A stretch of 64,000 nucleotides of DNA from Octopus sinensis. Taxonomy: Eukaryota. The notes beneath the pieces were generated by a model. That model was not told the origin of the DNA. It was given only the letters and a program-made list of their open reading frames with translations, and did no database searches. Both the position numbers and the translations under genes were made by a program. Shown here in pieces: positions 54,584-64,000 of this stretch. The DNA lies in assembly GCF_006345805.1 (NCBI RefSeq), contig NC_043005.1, positions 95,604,001-95,668,000 on the forward strand, written 5' to 3'. The first letter of the stretch is position 1, and each line of letters starts with the position of its first letter.

Positions 54584-54715
54584 TTACATTAAATTCTCTG
54601 AAGAGGCCGTGAGACATTCTTGTTAATGTCCCATTTATACCTGCTTTATATGGCTAATAGGTTAAATGGGACATACCTGTCTTCACGGCCGAAACAGCTG
54701 TCAGCTACAATGTAA
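54584..54715 (+). ncRNA. Type I hammerhead ribozyme with greatly extended stem II
   Basis: Core CTGAAGA 54598-54604. Stem II GGCCGTGA-GACA / TGTC-T-TCACGGCC, then ATGTCCCATTTA/TAAATGGGACAT. GAAAC 54691-54695, palindromic ACAGCTGT, GUC with cleavage after 54702. Stem I CT/AG plus TTACATT/AATGTAA. Confidence 0.85.
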
Positions 54716-55110
54716 TTGTATTTTCTATTTCTATTTCTATGTCTAGTTATATTTGTAATATATTATGTATAATGTCTTTGCTGTTGTGTAATGGTTTAAT
54801 AAAGTATTGATTGGGTATTATCTGATGGTTGATGATTGATTTAGGTATGTTTCTCCGTTTTCTCATTTTGTATATATATATATATATATATATAGTCATT
54901 TAGGTAGCAAAAAAATTCAATAGAAATTTATCGCAACCAGCGGCCTGGTGAAAAAGAGAAAATAGTCATCGACTAAATATATAAATATAACGATTTAGGA
55001 GTGACCCCAACAGGTCACTCGTCCACCAGAAAGAGCAGCCATAACTCACACCGCCAAGTATTATTAATTCAGAAATTAGGTGAAAATTTAAAAACATTTA
55101 CCCTAATTCA

Positions 55111-55210
55111 TCTTTTAGACGTTGCAACGTTTCTGTGTCATTAATGATTAAATTAGCTTAATTAAATTAAATTAAGCCAATCTACCATAGGTTACACTTC
55201 ATCAGTAAGA
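55111..55210 (-). ncRNA. Hammerhead ribozyme, array copy 1
   Basis: Minus strand TCTTA-CTGATGA-A-GTGT...ACAC-A-GAAAC-GTTGCAAC-GTC-TAAAAGA. The 12-nt palindrome ACGTTGCAACGT forms stem III. Confidence 0.8.
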
Positions 55211-55581
55211 CCTGGGAGAGACAAATATACACGAGGCGTCTATATCGAAGCCTACGGGATATCTGACTTAAAATTTTCAAGACTGACGTATTCGCGCCAA
55301 ACTTATCAACAGTAAATATAAACTGCCGATTCAATCTCAGAATTATTCAGAAAATTATCAATTAGTCAATTTAGGGTAGCAAAAAAATTCAATAGAAATT
55401 TATCGCAACCAGCGGCCTGGTGAAAAGAGAAAATAGTCATCGACTAAATATATAAATATAACGATTTAGGAGTGACCCCAACAGGTCACTCGTCCACCAG
55501 AAAGAGCAGCCATAACTCACACCGCCAAGTATTATTAATTCAGAAATTAGGTGAAAATTTAAAAACATTTACCCTAATTCA

Positions 55582-55681
55582 TCTTTTAGACGTTGCAACG
55601 TTTCTGTGTCATTAATGATTAAATTAGCTTAATTAAATTAAATTAAGCCAATCTACCATAGGTTACACTTCATCAGTAAGA
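55582..55681 (-). ncRNA. Hammerhead ribozyme, array copy 2
   Basis: Identical to copy 1, offset +471. Confidence 0.8.
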
Positions 55682-56051
55682 CCTGGGAGAGACAAATATA
55701 CACGAGGCGTCTATATCGAAGCCTACGGGATATCTGACTTAAAATTTTCAAGACTGACGTATTCGCGCCAAACTTATCAACAGTAAATATAAACTGCCGA
55801 TTCAATCTCAGAATTATTCAGAAAATTATCAATTAGTCAATTTAGGGTAGCAAAAAAATTCAATAGAAATTTATCGCACCAGCGGCCTGGTGAAAAGAGA
55901 AAATAGTCATCGACTAAATATATAAATATAACGATTTAGGAGTGACCCCAACAGGTCACTCGTCCACCAGAAAGAGCAGCCATAACTCACACCGCCAAGT
56001 ATTATTAATTCAGAAATTAGGTGAAAATTTAAAAACATTTACCCTAATTCA

Positions 56052-56151
56052 TCTTTTAGACGTTGCAACGTTTCTGTGTCATTAATGATTAAATTAGCTT
56101 AATTAAATTAAATTAAGCCAATCTACCATAGGTTACACTTCATCAGTAAGA
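56052..56151 (-). ncRNA. Hammerhead ribozyme, array copy 3
   Basis: Identical to copy 1, offset +470 from copy 2. Confidence 0.8.
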
Positions 56152-56536
56152 CCTGGGAGAGACAAATATACACGAGGCGTCTATATCGAAGCCTACGGGA
56201 TATCTGACTTAAAATTTTCAAGACTGACGTATTCGCGCCAAACTTATCAACAGTAAATATAAACTGCCGATTCAATCTCAGAATTATTCAGAAAATTATC
56301 AATTAGTCAATTTAGGGTAGCAAAAAAATTCAATAGAAATTTATCGCACCAGCGGCCTGGTGAAAAGAGAAAATAGTCATCGACTAAATATATAAATATA
56401 ACGATTTAGGAGTGACCCCAACAGGTCACTCGAATTAATAATACTTGGCGGTGTGAGTTATGGCTGCTCTTTCTGGTGGACGAGTGACCTGTTGGGGTCA
56501 CTCCTAATCGTTATATATATATATATATATATATAT

Positions 56537-58320
56537 GCATGAATAAAATATGTATCTCATTAGGGAGAGAATTTGCTTAGATGAGATGCAGTTTGCTTTT
56601 GTGCCAGGTAGAAGCACCGCTGATGCCATATTCCTGGTTCGACAACTGCTGGAGAAATACCTAGCTAAAGATAAACCCCTCTACATAGCTTTCATGGACT
56701 TGGAGAAAGCTTTTGACAGGGTCCCCCAATCCCTTATCTGGTGGTCGATGCAGAAACTGGAGATTGACGAATGGCTAATAAGGGCTGTACAGGCCCTATA
56801 CAGAGGTTAGGATTGGCAATGGGTATAGTGAAGTATTCCAGGTAGAAGTAGGTGTCCACCAAGGTTCAGCCCTCAGTCCCCTTTTATTCATCATAGTCCT
56901 CCAGGCAATAACAGAGGAATTCAAAACAGGTTGCCCCTGGGAGCTCCTCTATGCTGATGACCTGGCCCTCATAGCAGAATCACTACCGGAGCTAGAAAAG
57001 AAATTTCGGGTGTGGAAGCAAGGTTTAGAATCAAAGGGCCTTAGAGTAAATGTAGCAAAGACCAAAGTTATAGTAAGCAGAAAGCCGAACTCATCACACA
57101 CCCCCTTGGACAGGTGGCCCTGCTCGATCTGTAGGAAAGGTGTAGGTAGAAACTCCATAAGATGTACCCAGTGTAAGCTATGGACACATAAGAGGTGCAG
57201 CAACATCAAAGGGAAATTAACTGATAAGATAGCTTTCATGTGCGGCAGATGCACAGGGACAATAGACACCACAGATACTCAGAAAACAGATTCCATCACA
57301 CTCCAGGGGATGAAACTAGAAGTAGTTGATAGTTTCCACTACCTAGGTGACCAAGTTAGTAGTGGAGGTGGATGCTCAGAGAGTGTCACCACTAGAATAC
57401 GAATAGCCTGGGCAAAGTTTAGAAAGCTCCTACCCCTACTGGTGACAAAGGGTCTCTCGCTCAGAGTGAAAGGTAGATTGTATGATGCATGTGTGCAAAC
57501 CACACACGGTAGTGAAACATGGGCTGTGACTGCAGGGGACATACGTAGACTTGAAAGAAATGAAGCTAACATGATCCACTGGATGTGTAATGTCAGTGTG
57601 CACGCACGACAGAGTGTAAGCACCCTGAGATAAATGCTGGACATAAGAAGCATCAGATGTGGTGTGCAAGAGCGACGCTTGCGATGTACTGCGGATGGAT
57701 GAGGAGAGATGTGTGAAGAAGTGCTGCTCCTAAACAGTTGAAGGTATCAGGGGGAGAGGTAGACCCAGGAAGACATGGGATGAGATAGTCAAGCATGACC
57801 TCCGAGTGTTGGGCCTCACAGAGGCAATGATGAAGGACCAAGATCTCTGGAGATATGCTGTGACTACAAAGACCCGGGCTGCTTCCTGCACCAGTTCCGC
57901 ATAGCCCCAGCCCATTCAAAGTACCTTGGATTGCAGAACGACCTGCTGTGCTTGAGAAGACCTACTGAGCATCAAAATAAATATCAAATGGAAATAGTAG
58001 TTGTGCCAGTGGCACGTAAAAAGCACCATCTGAACGTGGCCAATGCCAGCGCCGCCTTGACTGGCTTCTGTGCCGGTGGCACGTAAAAAGCACCAACCGA
58101 TCGTGGCTGCTGCCAGCTTCCCCTGGCACCTGTGCCAGTGCCACGTAAAAAGTACCCACTACAGTCATGGAGTGGTTGGCGTTAGGAAGGGTATCCAGCT
58201 GTAGAAACACTGCCAGATTAGACTGGAGCCTGGTGTAGCCTCCTGGCTTCCCAGACCCCCGGTCGAACCCTCCAACCCGTGCAAGCACGGAAAATGGATG
58301 TTAAACGATGATGATGATGA
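56537..58320 (+). mobile_element. 5'-truncated RTE-clade LINE (RT domain, Cys/His-rich region, 3' UTR, (GAT)n tail)
   Basis: QFAFVPGRSTADAIF, FMDLEKAFDRVP, GVHQGSALSPLLF, LLYADDL, WPCSICRKGVGRNSIRCTQCKLWTHKRC, GRGRPRKTW. Frameshifted. Ends GTTAAACGATGATGATGAT. Confidence 0.92.
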
Positions 58321-59069
58321 TATATACATACATAAACACACACACACACACACATATATATATAGTACATATTTTATTCATTAATAATGTTATTGATGAT
58401 GTTGCTGATGGTGTCAACAGTGATGATGACAATGGCATCGAGGACAACAGTTTGCCTCGTATCTTTCTTGAGTAGAGAAAATAAATTCCAGTCTAGTCTG
58501 GCATTGGGAGGGGTGCAATCAATCTAGCTGTTCCTCTTCTCCAAAATGGGTGGACATTGTTGCAGTGTTAGAAACCAAATAATGATAATAATGCACAATA
58601 TTTTTCCCATCTTCCCCTGCCTCGTTCATTGAAAAGTTTATGTGGGAACTGGGAAAACTATTCTCATATTAAATCCACATTAAATTTCTGTCTGTTCTCC
58701 ATTCTGTCACATATTTCACAATAACCAAACCAAACTGGGTGTTTTTTATAGTTCTTCAGTGAGCTTTGTATGCTTCAGGATGGTGGGGTGTGGTTTACAG
58801 GAGATCTGGCAGTTATGTCTAGCATGTTGAAGGGTCACATAAAGGCTTCATTGTTGGTCTGTCCTCGCTTAGTTGTAGGGACAGCTGAGATTGTAGAAAG
58901 CCCCAATTGATACTTTTTTATGCACTTGTCAATGCCTTATGTTTCATGGGCCTAAATCTGGTATTGATTGATAGCAGTCTAGTTTCATGCACCTTAGGCA
59001 AGTATCTTCTATTATAACCCCAGGCCAACCAAAGCCTTGTGAATGAATTTGTAAATGGAAACTAAAAGA

Positions 59070-59145
<76 letters not shown>

Positions 59146-59376
59146 TTGCATCACACGATTGTTGTAAATGAATATGACTTATTTCCAATATTCTGCAAAA
59201 TATGTTCGGCCATGGGAGAAACATTACTGGGGAATCAGATAAGGGTCGGCAGCAGCAAAGGTATATGGCCATAGAAGATCTACCTCAATAAATTTTGTCA
59301 AGTTGCTAAAGTGATGATGACGATAAATAAAGATGTGATTTTTTTTTATTTAACACCTCTCTATCACTGTTCACAG

Positions 59377-59506
59377 GTTAATACAGTATAATGATGTGAC
59401 AGGCAAAGAGTCAAGGTACCCAATTGACTGTGTCCCTCCAAAGCTGGAAAAGAAGAAAAAGCTCCTTTTACTCTTTGCTCGTTACATGGATGAATATCTC
59501 ATCAAG
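59377..59506 (+). CDS. PLK: Polo-like kinase exon, end of polo-box 1 (LIQYNDVTGKE...KKKLLLLFARYMDEYLIK)
   Basis: Matches the PLK 'L.YF..YM.E.L.K' motif. CACAG/GTAAGG boundaries, 130 nt phase 2-0. Confidence 0.92.
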
Positions 59507-61428
59507 GTAAGGGTCATCTTTAACCTTTATTTATCATTTGTCTTTTACTTGTTTCAGTCATTGGACTGAGGCCATTGTGAGGCACTTATTTTTAAAGTCT
59601 GGTACTTATTCTATCAGTCTCTTTTGCTGAACTGCTAAGTTATGGGGTGGGGGGCGTAAACAAACCAGCATACATGCATGAAAAGCTTCCTCACAATTTT
59701 CATCAACCAAGTTCACTCACAAGGCATTGATCAACCCAAGGCTACAGAAGAAGACACTTGCCCAAGGTGTTGCCACACAGCTCACACTATCTTTGGTCAC
59801 ATAATTCTTCATGTTTCCTCAACTACTGTCAATTTTTTCAGTCACCACAAAAAAAAAAATTATTATAGGCACAACCATGGCTGTGTGGTACAAAGCTTGC
59901 TTCCCAATCTCATGGTTTCGGGTTCAACCCCTCTACGTGGCACCCTGAGCGAGTAAATGTGATCTACTATAGCCTTAGGCTGACCAAAGTCTTGTGTGTG
60001 GATTTGGTAGATGGAAACTCAAAGAATCCCTTGTGTGTGCATGTGTGTGTTTGTCCCCCACCACTACTTGACGATCAGTGTTGGTTTGTTTACGTCCTTC
60101 TTAGTGATTTGGCAAAAGAGACCAATATGATAAGTACCAGTCTTAAAAATAAAACAGGAGTCAGTACTTGGATTGATTTGTTCAACTAAAACTCTTCAGG
60201 ACAGTGCCCCAGCATGGCCACAATCCAAATGAGTGAAACAAGTAAAAGATAGAAGACACCTCATCATTATCATAACTAATATTGCTATCTTACACCCATT
60301 TCTCTATGATGGCATGGTGGGATGGGCAGACCTGTCCAGAATGACATCTCACCACTTGTCTCAGTCCTTCCTAGTGTAATACTCACAACTAATCTTTATT
60401 ATTAAGTCGGCCGTGTATTAATTGGCATTGTCTTGACAGTTAGATGCTTTTCCTATCACCAACCACTTCACACCACCATGGTCCAGGTGTATTTTCCCTT
60501 GTCATCTGTACCTGAGAAGTTGTTCTTTCAGGACTCAAGTGTCCCTTTACACCCTCCACCCTGCTTCACTGTTTTTTCAGTGTCACTGGGGTGTGACTGT
60601 GTGGTTAAGAAGCATGCTTCCCAACCATGTGGTCTCAGGTTCAGTCCTACTGTCCAGCAAATTGTGCAAGTGTTTTCTATTATAGCTTTTGGCCAACCAA
60701 AGCCTTGTAAGTGGGTTTGGTAGAAAAAAATTAAAAGAAACCCATCGTGTATGTATATATGTATATATGTTGATTCACTAGATTCTGCACGCATTTTTTT
60801 TCTCTCCTTGTTTCTCTCCGTGTTTCTTTTCTGTGTATCTTTCTGTTGAAGAGCGTAGGCTCGAAATGTGAAAGACTTGTTTTATTTATATTCCTGAGCG
60901 CCATACTAATACAATTGTTTGTTTGTATTCCACCTGCCTTCATCTTTTGTTTATTTTCATAAAGCTTCCCGTTATATATGTACATACATACACACTAATA
61001 TCGAACAGTGAGAATGAGTGCTCAACCCTGCATTGATGGATAAATATTCTTTATTTGTGGGTTAACAAGGCTACCATTGGGGATGTGCCCTGTGGCAGGT
61101 TTGATAATTGCTGAGAATTCTGATATGAAACCAAAGGTATCTTTGTTAACACACAAAACAAAGGTGTGCATGCGTATGTGTGTGTATGTACCCTTGTCTA
61201 AGCATCACGAGAATTTTGAAAACAAGAGCCATCATCACACAAGTGAGGTTGTTCATTTCTAGACTTCCCTGCTTGAAAACAAGTGAGGGCTGGTGAGAGG
61301 AAAGGCATCCAGCTACAGAAAATCTGCTTCAACAAACTCTGTCTTACCCATGCAAGCACAGAAAATAGGATATTAAATAATGACAATGATTACTATTTGA
61401 TTAAAACAAATTAAATGTTGACTTTCAG

Positions 61429-61548
61429 GGAGGAGAATTCACTGATTATTCAGTGTTAACCGATTCACCAATGTCTGGCTTATATCTGAAGAAATGGTTT
61501 CGTACTCCCAGAGCTATCCTTATGTATCTCAGCAATGGCACCCTACAA
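61429..61548 (+). CDS. PLK: Polo-like kinase exon, start of polo-box 2 (GG...LYLKKWFRTPRAILMYLSNGTLQ)
   Basis: Matches the 'L..WFRT..A..L.LSNGT.Q' motif. TTTCAG/GTAAGT boundaries, 120 nt phase 0-0. The next exon was not found before the window end. Confidence 0.93.
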
Positions 61549-62035
61549 GTAAGTAATCTTGTAATTTTTCACATATTCTTTTATATATTGATACTAGGGA
61601 CAGCTGAGGTGGGTAGGGTACTGGATAACCAGCTGAGATGATAGGGTATTGGATAACTAGTTAGAATGGTAGGATACTGGATAACTAGCTGGAGTGGTAA
61701 GTTACTAGATAAGCAGCTGAGATTATAGGGTTTTGAATAACCACTGGAGAATGTGATGGTTCCTGACTTAAATAGGTCAGTCTCAGACTGAGCTAGCTTT
61801 TAATCATGGAAATCCAACAATTACCATCTTGTGTTTTCGTTTGCAACATAGTGCATCTAGGATTACTTTATCCAAAGTATCCTTCCATTTTTTGTAGTTG
61901 TTGTTGTTTTAAAGATAGTAAGTTCTATTCTAGTAGGTCTTGTGACCATGTTGTGCTCCCTCATTGATGCATATGTATCCCTTGCATATTTGGACAGTCT
62001 ACTCTCTTCCACATTCCCTATGCTACTGGTCATAC

Positions 62036-62151
<116 letters not shown>

Positions 62152-64000
62152 GTATATATATATATAATATATATATATAATGACTCACACAAATTACACC
62201 TTTAATTAACATTCAGATTACTCTGTCAAATGTAATGCTTATTTATCCTTATTATTTGGAATTAATCATGCATTATCTTTGTGATGTTAATTAGCTTTGT
62301 GATATTAATGATGTGATTACTTAATTTTAGAATGGCATTGTAGGGTTGGTGTTGAAGGCTGGCTCTGTCTGGTTTGAACATAGAAGGGGTAGAATATTTG
62401 GGCCAGATATAATCAGTTTTAAATGTTACAGGGTTATATGAGACAGTGAAGACGTCTCTATTTGGTTGCTCAGTTTGCTTGAAAGAGCAGACAAAGTTCC
62501 TTCATATCACACCTAAGTAACTTTAAAAAATGGAAGGACATATTGCATAATGTAGTCTTAGATTTACAGTCTGAAGAAAAAAATACAAGAATGTTCAAGG
62601 CCAAACCACTTTTAATCATAGAATAACCTCAACCAGAATGAACTGAGGTTAAATATCAACAACAATTGACTGGCAAGTGAACTAAAGTATGTACAATTCT
62701 GTGTACTGCTCAGATATATCATGAAATACCAGCTCTTATTAACTCTTTAGTCATCCTTCTTTACATATGCACAAAAAAAAGACATTGCTATTTTGTTTGT
62801 TTTTATTCAGAATTGTCAGGTTTCTGTCTCATGTTTTCCAAATAATATTTTTTAAAAAATCAAGAAGAATTATTGAATCCTTAAACAACACTAGTATGAA
62901 CATTATACCTAAAAAATATATCATTTTGTTAGAACTCTTGTTGTCCAGGTGACATTGGACTCCAGAATATTGTCTTAACCTAAATTCAGACTATAAATAA
63001 GACTCTTTCGTCTCCTTTGCATTAAAATGTCACTCTGGTTTCCCATTACAATAAAACCCATTTTCTGGGGTTTTTTTATTGCTTTAGACGTAGGAGTGGC
63101 TGTGTGGTAAGTAGCTTGCTTACCAACCACATGGGCAAGTGTCTTCTACTATAGCCTTGGGCCGACCAAAGCCCTGTGAGTGGATTTGGTAGACGGAAAC
63201 TTAAAAGAAGCCCGTCGTATATATGTATGTGTGTGTATATGTTTGTCTGTGTTTGTCCCCCAACATTGCTTGACAACCGATGCTGGTGTGTTTATGTCCC
63301 CATAACTTAGCGGTTCAGCAAAAGAGACTGATAGAATAAGTACTAGGCTTACAAAGAATAAGTCCTGGGGTCGATTTGCTTGACCAAAGGTGGTGCTCCA
63401 GCATGGCCACAGTCACATGACTGAAACAAATAAAAGAGTAAAAGAGTAAAGAGTAATGTCTCTGTATTGGAAGATAGAAGAGATGAGTAAGTTCTATTTG
63501 AAGGCATCTTTCACTTTATGCACCTTGTTGTAAATGTTATATGACCAAATTGATTGATTTTCGTTTTATATAGCTGAATCCAGTGGTTTTCAAAGGTCCC
63601 ACCACCATCACCAAAATATTAAGGAAACTTATTCCTCTTCTCTATTTGTTAATGAGAAAACAAAACAGAGTTAGCATTCATACAAGTTTTCTTTCTTTGC
63701 CATGGTGTTGGACAAGTTTAAAAAGTTTAAAGCCATCTTAATTTTTACTAAACAGGGCAATTTTTTTACCATAATTTTGAAAATCTCTAAAGCTCTTTCT
63801 CCCCACCACCACCCGCAATGTCTCTGGTTCCTGTCTATGAGAAACACTAGTCCAGTTAGAAGGGTGTGATTGTGAGCCTTTGCTTGACCTCTGAGACTAG
63901 TAAAACCGATGCTGAGTTTTAACCCTTTAACACAGAAACTTGTGATAACTGGCCAAAATATTCTACCTGTTTTATGTCCAAAATGACCAGTTCCAACTTC

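Larger units (their letters stand above)
54894..56515 (-). mobile_element. Tandem array of a 470-472 bp non-coding unit (~3.3 copies) with an inverted terminal segment; retrozyme- or pseudo-LTR-like
   Basis: GTAGCAAAAAAATTC at 54904, 55376, 55847 and 56317. 56433-56515 is inverted. (TA)n at 54871-54894 and 56513-56536. No ORF of 60 aa or more in the ORF track. Confidence 0.93.

Noticed and set aside
54894-56432. Regular array as a possible CRISPR or rDNA/5S repeat
   Set aside because: Whole units are identical with no unique spacers, there are no cas genes, the context is eukaryotic, and I recognise no rRNA or tRNA sequence. Internal T-runs argue against a Pol III transcript.
60838-60876. 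Hammerhead-like motif CTGTTGAA-GAGC-gtag-GCTC-GAAATGTG (related copy at 27313)
   Set aside because: Not listed as a ribozyme feature: the core has A6 to U and, at 60843, a G at the cleavage position. The 27313 copy has lost GAAA. Kept only as evidence of a decayed family.

Overview
AT-rich, microsatellite- and retroelement-dense animal genomic DNA. The repeat families look cephalopod (Octopus-like); this is inference, not a search result. The window lies mostly in introns of one + strand Polo-like kinase gene. Ten in-window exons (12303-61548) splice into a continuous 448-codon frame covering most of the kinase domain, the linker, polo-box 1 and the start of polo-box 2. The N- and C-terminal exons were not found in the window. 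The introns carry a Helitron with a RepHel fragment, several non-autonomous Helitron/Helentron elements, a decayed Tc1 (DD34E) element, RTE-clade LINE fragments, many tRNA-derived SINEs and a TTAA MITE. The main unannotated signal is a set of sequence-unrelated non-coding elements that each carry a type I hammerhead ribozyme. They share one architecture: tandem direct monomer(s) plus an inverted 5' copy, mostly inserted in (TA)n. The clearest is a ~3.3-copy array of a 470-472 bp unit with three antisense hammerheads (54894-56515). These resemble Penelope-like pseudo-LTRs or non-LTR retrozymes, a known class. The specific families, a recurrent U.U core variant and their position inside a kinase pre-mRNA merit testing. 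All folds were done by eye, not computed.
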